From Octopus sinensis (Eukaryota), in assembly GCF_006345805.1 (NCBI RefSeq), contig NC_043009.1, positions 248,001 to 312,000 of the forward strand: a stretch of DNA of 64,000 nt, read 5' to 3'. Below, piece by piece: positions 1 to 12,946 of the stretch; position 1 is the first letter of the stretch, and every line of letters starts with the position of its first letter. Below the pieces are notes generated by a model. The model made no database searches and was not told the DNA's origin. It saw nothing but the letters and a program-made list of their open reading frames with translations. Made by a program: the position numbers and the translations under genes.

Positions 1-1600
1 CCCTTCATGGCAAATACTGGACTAAACTAAACGCAAAAGAAATAGACAAAGAAAAATCCCAGCAATGGTTGAGAAGCTCAGGACTCAAAGCAGAAACAGA
101 GGGATTTTTAATTGCAGCACAAGACCAAAGCCTCCCCACCAGAAATTACCAAAAACACATAATGAAAAGAAATACAAGTAACTGCAGAATATGTGGAGAT
201 GGACAAGAAACAATAAATCATATTATCTCTGGCTGCCCTGTCCTGACTGAAAGGAATATAAAATAAATAATATAAATAAATTATTGTAACAGTGCTCAGG
301 TGCACCACACAACTTTGTCAGCAGTGCATATAAAGCCACATGCGTAATGTACAGATGTCTGGGAAAGCGAACAATGCATGAGTCAGATACTGCTTGTTGT
401 GTGTATGGAGGGGAGAAAATCAGTTGTAGTGTTGGCGAATCTCAGAATGCATGGAAGTTTTAAGGATGGCAGTGCCTTCAGTGCTCCGACACTAACAACT
501 GATGCCGGTAGTTTGTTCCATGCTTCAGCAACTCTCAGCGTGAAAAAATGTCATGGGAGCTGTGCTGTTTCCTGACTTTGTAAATATGTCCACGGGTGTT
601 AGATGGGTGAAGTTTGAAAAGGTGCTGAAAGTTATTGTTTGTACGATGGTTGATAATTTTATGGGTGTATGCCAAGTCAGCTGCCAGACGTCGGAGTTTC
701 AATGTGTCCATGCCCAGGGAAGTAAGGAGTTCAGAATATGGCAAATGCCTGATGGAGGGTATTCTTTTGGTTGCATGTCGCTAAACGGCTTCCAGACTAT
801 TGATATTCTGGGCAAGATAGGGGTTCCAGACCGGTGATGCAAATTCCAAGTGAGGTCTTACCATAGCTATATAAGGCCGCAGATAGATAGTCGGAGAGCG
901 GCTCACAAAGGATTTGGTGAGTGATGCCAGGATACCCTCAGCCTTCTTGACAATTTAGCGATGTGTTTTGTCCAACGCAAATCACTGTCGAACAATAACA
1001 CCCAGGTCACGTTCACAGACACGACTGAGTTGGGACCTACATACACTGGAAGCTATGACAACATTATGGAATAACAACAGAAAAAAGATGGTATAGGCAC
1101 ACACCAGAAAAGGTCACAGAAAACGAGAAAGTAACCATACACTGGGATATGCCGATACACACAGATAGAGAAATGAAGGCCAACAGGCCAGATATAGTTG
1201 TCAGAGATCATGAAGAAAAAAATGCTTTCTAATTGATGTATCAATACCAGCAGATAACAACGTGTCTCTAAAAGAAATGGAGAAACTTTCAAAATACAGA
1301 GACCTGGAAATAGAGGTAACTCGAATGTGGAATATAAAAACAGAAACAATTCCTATCATAGTAGGCGCATTAGGCATGATAAAAAAAACATTCAGACAAA
1401 TAAATAACAAAAACACCAGGACTTACAAACACATATAACATACAGAAAATTGCACTACTAGGCACTGCACACATCCTACGCAAAACACTTTCAATACAGT
1501 AAGCATCAGAGTATCACAACAAATCACAGCACATACCCAAGGCACACAGAGCTGCGCTCGGTAGTGAAGTGAAAGCACGCTATAAAAATAAAACTACTGA
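1..1600 (+). mobile_element. R4/Dong-clade non-LTR retrotransposon, subfamily A, 3' part (zinc knuckle + REL endonuclease + 3'UTR), interrupted by a CR1 fragment
   Basis: ORF 69-266 has QQWLRSSGLKAETEGFLIAAQDQ and CRICGDGQETINHIISGC. Sequence resumes at 1012 into the RPDIVV REL region. 3'UTR ends ...AAAATAAAACTACTGA followed by (TAA)n; same family as 6031-8106. Confidence 0.9.
261..1011 (-). mobile_element. CR1/L2-type LINE 3' fragment inserted into the Dong-A copy
   Basis: Minus ORF 535-744 LRRLAADLAYTHKII...TRGHIYKVRKQ resembles a CR1 ORF2 C-terminus, with an (ATTT)-like tail at 261-285. Removing 261-1011 restores AAGGAATATA|TTCACAGAC as in uninterrupted copies. Confidence 0.75.
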
Positions 1601-1697
1601 ATATAATATAATAATAATGATAATATATTAATAATAATAATAATAATAATAATATAATAATATAATAATAATAATAATAATAATATAATAATAATAA

Positions 1698-3772
1698 CTG
1701 AAGACAGCCACAGAAGAAGAAAGGCCTCAGTCCTCGATTGACTAAAAAGGCGTTTGATAGCATCCCCCACACATGGATCCTCGAAACACTAGCCATTAAC
1801 AAAGTAGCACCAACAATCATAAAAAATTCATAAGGGCACTCTATGAATAAATGGCAAACAGTGCTACAGCTACAAACAAAAGAGGGACTCATGAAAAAAC
1901 CAAAGACATCCCCATTAGAAGAGGAATATTCCAGGGAGACACGCTCTCTCCACTCCTTTTCTGCTTGGCACTGTCTCCTCTATTTGATATACTAAATAGA
2001 ACTGGATGCGGATATAAAGTGTACGGCAAAAACGATCAGCCACCTTTTATATATATGGATGACCTAAAACTATACGCTGCAAATGACAAACAGCTGGAAA
2101 CACTACTAAAGAGAGTTCATGGATTTACCAAAGAATAGATATGAAATTTGGATCAGAAAATGCGCCAAAGTACCATGAAAGAGGAAAACTAGTTAAGAGT
2201 AGCAACATCACACTAGATAAAACCAATGAAATAAGAGAATTAGACCAAAGCCAACTTACAACTACTTAGGAATCCATGAAATAGATAAGACACAACCACA
2301 CACAAATGAAAGAGAAAATAAAAAGAATTATTATAGACGAGTTAGATCAATACTAAAAATAGAGTCAATGCTAAAAACAAGATAATAGGTATTAACACTT
2401 TACTGTCCCAGTTATAAATTACAGCTACACTATCCCTAACTGGACACGAAAGAACTGACCAAAATAGATAGGAAAACAAGAAAAATAATGACAGGATCTA
2501 GGATGATCACCCAAAATCTGACATAGAAAGACTATATATACAACGTATAGAAGGTGGTAGAGCCTTATACAACTGGAAAAGTACTATAAAATAACCACCA
2601 TAGGACTGCAAAAATATCTACTTCAGAAGGAAGGAAAACTGATACAAATAGCGGCAAAAACACGAGCAAAACCAAAAAAAATGTTCTCAGTATTTAAGGA
2701 AGCTGACAATACAAACAAGAATCATACACCTAATAAAATTACGAAGAAGAAGAAGAAGAAGAAGAAGGAAGAAGAAGAAGAAGAAGAAGAAGAAGAAGAA
2801 GAAGAAGAGAAGAAGAAAGAAGAAGAAGAAGAGAGAAGAAGAGAAGATGAAGAAAAAAACCAAAAGCTATAAACAAAATGAAATCCAAACTAAAAATAGA
2901 ACAGCAACGAAACATGATAAAACGATGGCAAGAAAAGCCCCTTCATGTTAAATACTGACTAAACTAAACGCAAAAGAAAAATCCCAGCAATGGTTGAGAA
3001 GCTCAGGACTCAAAGCAGAAATAGAGGGATTTTAATTGCAGCACAGACCAAAGCCTCCCCACCAGAAATTACCAAAAACATGTAATGAAAAGAAATATTA
3101 CAAGTAACTGCAGAAATGTGGAGATGGACAAGAAACAATAAATCATATTATCTCTAGCTGCCCAGTCCTGGCTAAGAAGGAATATATTCACAGACATGAC
3201 AGAGTTGGAACCTACATACATTGGAAGCTATGCTAACATTATGGAATAACAACAGAAAAAATGATGGTATAGGCACACACCAGAAAAGGTCACAGAAAAC
3301 GAGAAAGCAACCATACTCTGGGTTATGCCGATACACACAGATAGAGAAATAAAGGCCAACAGGCCAGATATAGTTGTCAGAGATCATGAAGAAAAAAAAA
3401 TGCTTTCTAACTGATGTATCATACCGGCAGATGACCCAACGTGTCTCTAAAAGAAATGGAGAAACTCTCAAAATACAAAGACCTGGAATAGAGGTAACCA
3501 GAATGTGGAATCTGAAAAAAGAAACAATTCCTATCATAGTAGGCGCTTTAGGAATGATAAAAAGATATTCAGACAAACACATAACAAAAACCAGGACTTA
3601 CAAACACATATACATACAGAAAATTGCACTATAGGCACTGCCACACATCCTACGCAGAACACTTTCCATACAATAACCATCAGAGCATCACAACAAATCA
3701 CAGCACATACCCAAGGAACACAGAGCTGCGCTCGGTAGTGAAGTGAAAGCACCTATAAAAATAAAACACTGA
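1698..3772 (+). mobile_element. Dong-A tandem unit 1 (5'-truncated, many indels)
   Basis: Starts CTGAAGACAGCCACAG after (TAA)n. RT motifs RGIFQGDTLSPLLF and YMDDLKLY, GAA linker, REL domain, 3'UTR and TAA tail. Confidence 0.9.
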
Positions 3773-3801
3773 ATAATAATAATAATAATAATGATAATAA
3801 T

Positions 3802-3881
<80 letters not shown>

Positions 3882-3893
3882 TAATAACAATAA

Positions 3894-5917
3894 CTGAAGA
3901 CAGCCACAGAAAGAAGAAAGGCCTCAGTATGCCTCGATTGACTACAAAAAGGCGTTTGATAGCATCCCCCACACATGGATCCTCGAAACACTATCCATTA
4001 ACAAAGTAGCACCACAATCATAAAATTCATAGGGCACTCATGAATAAATGGCAAACAGTGCTACAGCTACAAACAAAAGAGGGCTCATGAAAACCAAAGA
4101 CATCCCCATTAGAAGAGGAATATTCCAGGAGACACGCTCTCTCCACTCCTTTTCTGCTTGGCACTGTCTCCTCTATCTGATATACTAAATAGAACTGGAT
4201 GCGGATATAAATGTTACGGCCAAAACGATCAGCCACCTTTTATAATGGATGACCTAAAACTATACGCTGCAAATGACAAACAGCTGGAAACACTACTAAG
4301 AGAGTTCATGGATTACCAAAGAAATAGATATGAAATTTGGATTAGAAAAATGCGCCAAAAAGTAACCATGAAAAGAGGAAAACTAGTTAAGAGTAGCAAC
4401 ATCACACTAGATAAAACCAATGAAAAAGAGAATTAGACCAAAGCCAAACTTACAATACTTAGGAATCCATGAACTAGATAAGACACAACACACACAAATG
4501 AAAGAGAAAATAAAAAAAGAATATTATAGACGAGTTGAAAATACTAAAAATAGAGCTCAATGCTAAAAAACAAGATAATAGGTATTAACACTTTATCTGT
4601 CCCAGTTATAAATTACAGCTACACTCTCTTAACTGGACACGAAATGAACTGACCAAAATAGATAGGAAAACAAGAAAAATAATGACAGGATCTAGGATGC
4701 ATCACCCAAAATCTGACATAGAAAGACTATATATACAACGTATAGAAGGTGGTAGAGGCCTTATACAACTGGAAAAGTACTATAAAATAACCACCATAGG
4801 ACTGCAAAAATATCTATTCAGAGGAAGGAAAACTGATACAATAGCGGCAAAACACGAGCAAAAAAAAAAACTGTTCTCAGTATTTAGGAAGCTGACAAAT
4901 ACAAACAAGAAATCATACCACCTAATAAATATGAAGAAGAAGAAGAAGAAGAAGAATGAAGAAGAAGAGAAGAAGAAGAAGAAGAAGAAGAGAAGAAACA
5001 ACACAAGCTATAAAAACAAATGAATCCAAACAAAAATAGAACAGCACCGAACCATGATAAAACGATGGCAAGAAAAGCCCCTTCAATGTTAAATACTGGA
5101 CTAAACTAAACGCAAAAGAAAATCCCAGCAAGGTTGAGAAGCTCAGGACTCAAAGCAGAAATAGAGGGATTTTTAATTGCAGCACAAGACCAAAGCCTCC
5201 CCACCAGAAATTACCAAAAACATGTATGAAAAGAAATATTACAAGTAACTGCAGAATATGTGGAGATGGACAAGAAACAATAAATCATATTATCTCTAGC
5301 TGCCCAGTCCTGGCTAAGAAGGAATATATTCACAGACATGACAGAGTTGGAACCTACATACATTGGAAGCTATGCTAACATTATGGAATAACAACAGAAA
5401 AAATGATGGTATAGGCACACACCAGAAAAGGTCACAGAAAACGGAAAGCAACCATACTCTGGGTTATGCCGATACACACAGATAGAGAAATAAAGGCCAA
5501 CAGGCCAGATATAGTTGTCAGAGATCATGAAGAAAAAAAATGCTTTCTAACTGATGTATCAATACCGGCAGATGACAACGTGTCTCTAAAAGAAATGGAG
5601 AAACTCTCAAAATACAAAGACCTGGAAATAGAGGTAACCAGAATGTGGAATCTGAAAAAAGAAACAATTCCTATCATAGTAGGCGCTTTAGGCATGATAA
5701 AAAAATATTCAGACAAACACATAACAAAAACACCAGGACTTACAAACACATATAACATACAGAAAATTGCACTATTAGGCACTGCACACATCCTAACGCA
5801 GAACACTTTCATACAATAACCATCAGAGCATCACAACAAATCACAGCACATACCCAAGGCACACAGAGCTGCGCTCGGTAGTGAAGTGAAAGCACGCTAT
5901 AAAAATAAAACTACTGA
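3894..5917 (+). mobile_element. Dong-A tandem unit 2 (5'-truncated, many indels)
   Basis: Same 5' junction CTGAAGACAGCCACAG; REL ORF 5466-5819 (RPDIVV...DVSIP...KLSKYKDL); TAA tail 5918-6030. Confidence 0.9.
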
Positions 5918-5995
5918 ATAATAATAATAATAATAATGATAATAATATTAATAATAATAATAATAATAATAAAATAATAATAATAATAATAATAA

Positions 5996-6027
<32 letters not shown>

Positions 6028-6030
6028 TAA

Positions 6031-8106
6031 CTGAAGACAGCCACAGAAGAAGAAAGGCCTCAGTATGGCCTCGATTGACTACAAAAGGCGTTTGATAGCA
6101 TCCCCCACACATGGATCCTCGAAACACTAGCCATTAAAAAGTAGCACCAACAATCATAAAATTCATAGGGCACTCTATGAATAAATGGCAAAGAGTGCAA
6201 AACTAAAAACAAAAAGAGGGACTCATGAAAACCAAAGACATCCCCATTAGAAGAGGAATATTCCAGGGAGACACGCTCTCTCCACTCCTTTTCTGCTTGG
6301 CACTGTCTCCTCTATCTGATATACTAAATAGAACTGGATGCGGATATAAATGTTACGGCAAAACGATCAGCCACCTTTTATATATGGATGACCTAAAACT
6401 ATACGCTGCAAATGACAAACAGCTGGAAGCACTACTAAAGAGAGTTCATGGATTTACCAAAGAAATAGATATGAAATTTGGATCAGAAAAATGCGCCAAA
6501 GTAACCATGAAAAGAGGAAAACTAGTTAAGAGTAGCAACATCACACTAGATAAAACCAATGAAATAAGAGAATTAGACCAAAGCCAAACTTACAAATACT
6601 TAGGAATCCATGAACTAGATAAGACACAACACACACAAATGAAAGAGAAAATAAAAAAAGAATATTATAGACGAGTTAGATCAATACTAAAAATAGAGCT
6701 CAATGCTAAAAACAAGATAATAGGTATTAACACTTTATCTGTCCCAGTTATAAATTACAGCTACACTATCCTTAACTGGACACGAAATGAACTGACCAAA
6801 ATAGATAGGAAAACAAGAAAAATAATGACAGGATCTAGGATGCATCACCCAAAATCTGACATAGAAAGACTATATATACAACGTATAGAAGGTGGTAGAG
6901 GCCTTATACAACTGGAAAAGTACTATAAAATAACCACCATAGGACTGCAAAAATATCTACTTCAGAAGGAAGGAAAACTGATACAAATAGCGGCAAAACA
7001 CGAGCAAAATAAAAAAACTGTTCTCAGTATTTAAGGAAGCTGACAAATACAAACAAGAAATCATACCACCTAATAAATATGAAGAAGAAGAAGAAGAAGA
7101 AGAAGAAGAAGAAGAAGAAGAAGAAGAAGAAGAAGAAGAAGAAGAAGAAGAAGAAGAAGAAGAAGAAGAAGAAGATGAAGAAACAACAAAAGCTATAAAA
7201 CAAATGAAATCCAAACTAAAAATAGAACAGCAACGAACCATGATAAAACGATGGCAAGAAAAGCCCCTTCATGTTAAATACTGGACTAAACTAAACGCAA
7301 AAGAAAAATCCCAGCAATGGTTGAGAAGCTCAGGACTCAAAGCAGAAATAGAGGGATTTTTAATTGCAGCACAAGACCAAAGCCTCCCCACCAGAAATTA
7401 CCAAAAACATGTAATGAAAAGAAATATTACAAGTAACTGCAGAATATGTGGAGATGGACAAGAAACAATAAATCATATTATCTCTAGCTGCCCAGTCCTG
7501 GCTAAGAAGGAATATATTCACAGACATGACAGAGTTGGAACCTACATACATTGGAAGCTATGCTAACATTATGGAATAACAACAGAAAAAATGATGGTAT
7601 AGGCACACACCAGAAAAGGTCACAGAAAACGAGAAAGCAACCATACTCTGGGTTATGCCGATACACACAGATAGAGAAATAAAGGCCAACAGGCCAGATA
7701 TAGTTGTCAGAGATCATGAAGAAAAAAAATGCTTTCTAACTGATGTATCAATACCGGCAGATGACAACGTGTCTCTAAAAGAAATGGAGAAACTCTCAAA
7801 ATACAAAGACCTGGAAATAGAGGTAACCAGAATGTGGAATCTGAAAAAAGAAACAATTCCTATCATAGTAGGCGCTTTAGGCATGATAAAAAAATATTCA
7901 GACAAACACATAACAAAAACACCAGGACTTACAAACACATATAACATACAGAAAATTGCACTATTAGGCACTGCACACATCCTACGCAGAACACTTTCCA
8001 TACAATAACCATCAGAGCATCACAACAAATCACAGCACATACCCAAGGCACACAGAGCTGCGCTCGGTAGTGAAGTGAAAGCACGCTATAAAAATAAAAC
8101 TACTGA
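6031..8106 (+). mobile_element. Dong-A tandem unit 3 (5'-truncated, least degraded)
   Basis: Same 5' junction; ORFs 6225-7034, 7204-7566 and 7655-8008; 3'UTR and (TAA)n tail 8107-8160. Confidence 0.92.
6225..8008 (+). pseudogene. Dong/R4 polyprotein remnant: RT - poly-Glu linker - CCHC knuckle - REL endonuclease
   Basis: QGDTLSP and YMDD (RT); CRIC..HIISSC (knuckle); RPD..D..K (REL). Broken by a frameshift near 7010-7020 and a TAA stop at 7564-7566. Confidence 0.85.
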
Positions 8107-8861
8107 ATAATAATAATAATAATAATAATAACAATAATAATAATAATAATAATAACAATTAACGGAACCCATAACAAAACCAAGCAAAAGAACGGCGGAC
8201 GGATAATTACAAATACTATAAAATAGTTGATTTAGGAGTTACACACACACACGCTACTATGCAACACCCCTCTAAAAACATACAAGAGGAAACTGTAAAT
8301 ACCCGACAAATTGAAGAAAATCCACAATATGTACCATAGAATACCGATACCCGACAGAAGATCATAACCTGCGCTGCACAAACAACACACAAGAGAAAAA
8401 CTAACACAACAGAAGAATCTCACAAAACTCCATAACAAAACGTAGTGATACAATACAATATCTCCCCCACCGCAAAAAAATGCAGCACAGACCACCCTAC
8501 CAGCACAAAGGAGCAACAAATGATGTAATAGAAAGTTGCTTGAAACTTTCAGATGTCGAGAAATAATAGTGATGATGACGATGGTGACAAACGTTATCTT
8601 ACCTTGCTTTATGAAAGACAAAAGTTTCCGAAGAACTCTGGTAGTAAAAGCAAAAATGAAGCTGGACCTTTAAGGGAAGGCCTCTCGCTCGGCAGTGGAT
8701 CAGTAAAGATCCAGACTGACCACACTGTCATCCTGATGCAGCATCAGCAGATGATAGAGCAAGGAGGATGAAGTGGAGCAGCAGAGAAAACAGGATAGCG
8801 ATACAGTGCTACTTAGGAAGTAAACCCAAAATAAGGGGCTATAGAAAACTGATGTTAACAC

Positions 8862-9391
8862 TTTGGGTAGAGAAGGTTATGTTTAAAGTGACTGTGCAAA
8901 GATTAGTTGATCAAGCTAATGCTATTGGGAGAAGAAAATAGAAATGCAAAGATCCCATGGGATTTTATGTTTCAGTGCGAACATGAGATAGAGAATAGGA
9001 AGCCGGACATAGTCTTAATTGAGAAAGAAATCAAACGATGCTGGATCATAGATATAGCATCCCCAGTTGACAACAAGGTATACGATAAGGAAGAAAGAAA
9101 AGTCGTGAGATATGACAGGTTAGCTTGGGAAGTTAAGTAGTAGTGGTCGATGAAAAAGGTAGCAGTAGTACCAGTAATTGACGGAGCCCTGGGTACAGTG
9201 AGCAAAAATCTCGAGAAGTACGTGGAACAAATAGAGGCTGCAATAAGGGCGGAGCACTTGCAGAAAACAGCACTGCTTGAAACCGCTCGAATACTCCAGA
9301 AGGTGCTTGAAAAATAAGGTGTTACCTTAGTTCACTGGTAGTGAACAACTGACACTGTAGTACATCTCCAGCGTTAGAAGCTGTGCAAAAG
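8862..9391 (+). mobile_element. R4/Dong subfamily B 3' fragment (REL domain + 3'UTR)
   Basis: ORF 8907-9140 WDFMFQCEHEIENRKPDIVLIEKE..IIDIASP..KEERKVVRY. 3'UTR matches 19490-19543; (TAA)n tail 9392-9470. Confidence 0.8.
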
Positions 9392-9414
9392 CAATAATAA
9401 TAATAATAATAATC

Positions 9415-9469
<55 letters not shown>

Positions 9470-9473
<4 letters not shown>

Positions 9474-11895
9474 GATAGGGTAAAGATAGGGTGCCGAATT
9501 TCTGGCTCGCATCGCTCCCATGCGCACACGGTAAGCTAGTTCAGCTGCTCAATGGAATTATGAGAGACCCAAAGAAAACGCCTGAATGGTTAGCAAGTGG
9601 CATTACTTACCTACTCCCAAAGAATAACGAAACCAACCTTCCAAAAAACTATCGGTCTATAACCTGTCTATCCACCACGTATAAAATCTTAACATCTATC
9701 CTGGCGAAGAAAACATATGCATTCATGGAGAAGAACGATATTTTCCCCATTGAACAGAAAGGGTGCCGCCGAGGCTCTTACGGATGCAAAGATCAACTGC
9801 TAATCAATCGTATGATCCTTGAGAACTGTCACAACAAGCGCAGAAATCTCAGCACCGCATGGATTGACTACAAAAAGGCCTTCGACAGTATACCGCATCC
9901 ATGGATCTTGAGATCGCTGGACATCTTCAAAATTTCCCCTGTGATTTCAAACTTCCTGAAGCACAATATGTCGTTGTGGAATACGAATCTCCAATTATAC
10001 CACTCTAATAGAATACTTGCCTCAGAAAATATAAACATCAACTGTGGAATTTTTCAAGGTGACTCACTTTCACCTTTAATATTCTGCATAGCCCTAATAA
10101 CCCTTACAAGTGAATTAAACAGAACAGGGTATGGGTATAAAATTGCCAATAAAAAAATAAGCCATCTATTTTATATGGATGACTTAAAACTTTATGGTAA
10201 AGACAATAATGAACTTGAAGGCCTATTGCGCACCGTGAAAGCATTCAGCGATGACATCGGGATAGAGTTTGGATTTGAGAAGTGTGCCAAGGCCACTTTC
10301 CAGAAAGGGAAAGTGAAGACCACAAATTCAGTCGTGTTAGATGTTGACACAGTCATAAGAGAGCTTGAGCAAGAACAAACATACAAATATTTAGGGATAA
10401 ATGAAGGCTCTGGTATTCAGCATGCAAGCATGAAAGAGAAAATCAGGAAGGAATGTTATAGGAGAGTTCGTGCAGTCCTGAAATCTGAACTAAATGCACG
10501 TAACAAGGTGTTAGCTATAAATTCCTTAGCAGTTCCAGTTGTTACTTATAGCTACAATGTGTTGAACTGGAATATGAGTGAAGTAAAGAATATAGATAGA
10601 AAAATACGCAAGCTGCTGAGTTGTAATAGGATGCACCACCCAAAGGCAGACGTAGATCGCCTTTACCTTCCCAGAGCCCAAGGAGGTCGAGGCCTGATCC
10701 ATTTGAACTAGCTTACAAAACAACCACAATTGGACTGGCCAAATATCTCGAAATATCGAATGACTGGATGCTAAAGCTCGTGGAAAATCACGAGAGACGA
10801 AAGAAGCTTCATTCTATCATAAAGGAAAGCAAAAAATTTGCTATTGATCTCGTGCAGGATACCCAAACTGAACAACCCGAGGGATGTACGGCAACTATTG
10901 TTGCAAAGAAGGTGAAAATGATGGCAATGAAAAAAGCGCACGAGCAATTGGCTGATAGGTGGGAGGAGAAACCTCTGCACGGCAAATATGTGACCCGCAG
11001 CAAACAAGCTGATGTTGACCAGAAGCAAACCCATCAGTGACTACGGAGCTCAGGGCTAAAAGCAGAGAGCGAAGGTTTCATCCTGGCTGCTCAAGATCAA
11101 AGCCTATTAACCCGGAACTACCAGGCCAATGTGATGAAAAATGGAGCAGACCCAAAATGCCGATTCTGCAACGACATAATTGAAACAGTGGACCACCTAA
11201 TCTCTGGATGTAAAGTCTTAGCACCAGTGGAGTATAAATTAAGACATGACAGAGTTGGCCAATATCTCCACTGGCTAATAAGTCGGCATTACAATATCAA
11301 AACTGCCGACAAGTGGTATAATCACCACCCTGAGGCTGTAACTGAAGGAGAAAATGTAACCATTCTGTGGGACTTCCCAGTACATACAGACCGAACCATC
11401 AAGGCCAATAAACCAGATATTGTTGTGAAAGACCAAAACAATAAAGTTTGCTTATTGATCGACATGAGCATCCCCTGTGATCATAATATCTCAGCGAAAG
11501 AGTTTGACAAGCTCAGAAAATATAAAGACCTACTCATTGAAATTGAGAAAATGTGGCATCTCAAGGCGGTTACAATACCAGTGATCGTAGGAACACTAGG
11601 AATGATCAAGAAGGGAACCGAAAATTATATGAGAATGATCCCTGGCTTACCATCCCTGCAAGAAGTGGAAAAGATTGTCTTAACTGGTACATCACACGTA
11701 TTGAGAAGAGCATTGTCGATGTGAGAACTGTTGCTGCTCATGTATTTTAATTTAACTTAAAAAAAAAAAAAAAATGAACGAACTACTGAGTTTGGTTTAA
11801 TGGCCTACCAATGTATACTATGAGTTTCTTTGCCCTAGGAGTCGGGAAGACACGCGGCAAGAAATGGAAGCAAATTTGAAAGAAGAAAAAAAAAG
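9470..11895 (+). mobile_element. R4/Dong subfamily C, 5'-truncated, near-intact ORF
   Basis: Begins directly after a (TAA)n tract and ends in (TAA)n at about 11895-11918; RT, knuckle and REL domains in order. Confidence 0.9.
9491..11724 (+). pseudogene. R4/Dong-C RT-REL polyprotein with one frameshift and one premature stop
   Basis: WIDYKKAFDS, FQGDSLSP, FYMDDLKLY, CRFC..HLISGC, KPDIVV. A 1-nt deletion near 10700 shifts the frame, and TGA at 11038-11040 replaces a conserved Trp. Confidence 0.88.
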
Positions 11896-12160
11896 TAATA
11901 ATAATAATAATAATAATCATGAGCAAAGTGTTGAATTACACCCGAGTAAGTAATACTCATTAAAAGTGTTGGACTATATCCGAGAAAGTACACATCACAA
12001 ACACGTAAGTACGTAAACTAATTAATTACGTATACATCCAAGTGTTACTTGAACACATTATATATTAAGTAATGTATAAACAAGCGCGCGCACGCACACA
12101 CATAAGCGAATCGAATAAAAACAAATGACAAAGACTAGTCATTACTGATCACAAAAGCAT

Positions 12161-12208
<48 letters not shown>

Positions 12209-12281
12209 TATATATATATATATATATACTTATATATATACTTTTATATATACTTATATATATATATATAATATTATAATA

Positions 12282-12523
12282 AATTAGAAATAAAACCACT
12301 ATTATGCAAATCAAACAATGAAAAACTTAAGCCAATACATAAAATTAATTAATTTATATCATTTTAAATATATATCAAAAGTATTAAAAGTTTAATAAAA
12401 GATAATGTTTTATCTTTTATTAAACTTTTAATACTTTTGATATATATTTAAAATAATATAAATTAATTAATTTTATGTATTGGCTTAAAGTTCATTGTTT
12501 TTAAGTGGTTGATTTATCTAATA
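12282..12523. repeat. AT-rich fold-back palindrome (~120-bp arms, TGTT loop at 12406-12409) between (TA)n tracts
   Basis: ...TTTAATAAAAGATAA tgtt TTATCTTTTATTAAA... with near-perfect pairing 12313-12500. Arms are homologous to 31433-31750 and to 46380-46450. Confidence 0.9.
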
Positions 12524-12582
12524 TTATTATATTATATTTAATTATATATAATATTAGTATATATATAAGTATATATCATATA

Positions 12583-12639
<57 letters not shown>

Positions 12640-12852
12640 TGTGAATGAATTATCCTATGTTTATATATCAGCATGGAAAATTCGTTTAACCGAAACTGGG
12701 TAGCAAATTCACGTCAGAAACACGTTGAAAGTAGATTGTCAGAACATGAAGCGACCTGTCAAGGGTAGAAACTCCGGGTTCATGTGTAGAAATTTGTGTG
12801 TTGTATATGAATAAATGAAAGAATGGAGTCGAACGAAGATGTTAACAAAATT

Positions 12853-12946
12853 CCTTTACTCTCGACACATGTTTCGAAGACAGCATGTTTTCATTCCAAA
12901 GGAATAAAGGGTGCATTATGCAATCTTCTCATCAGGAAAGAAAGGG
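12853..12946 (-). ncRNA. Type I hammerhead ribozyme motif (pLTR copy, sense to PLE ORF)
   Basis: Reverse complement of the 14791-14884 motif: CTGATGA-GAAGA...TCTTC-GAAAC-ATGT-GTC. Predicted cleavage between 12864 and 12863. Confidence 0.8.
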
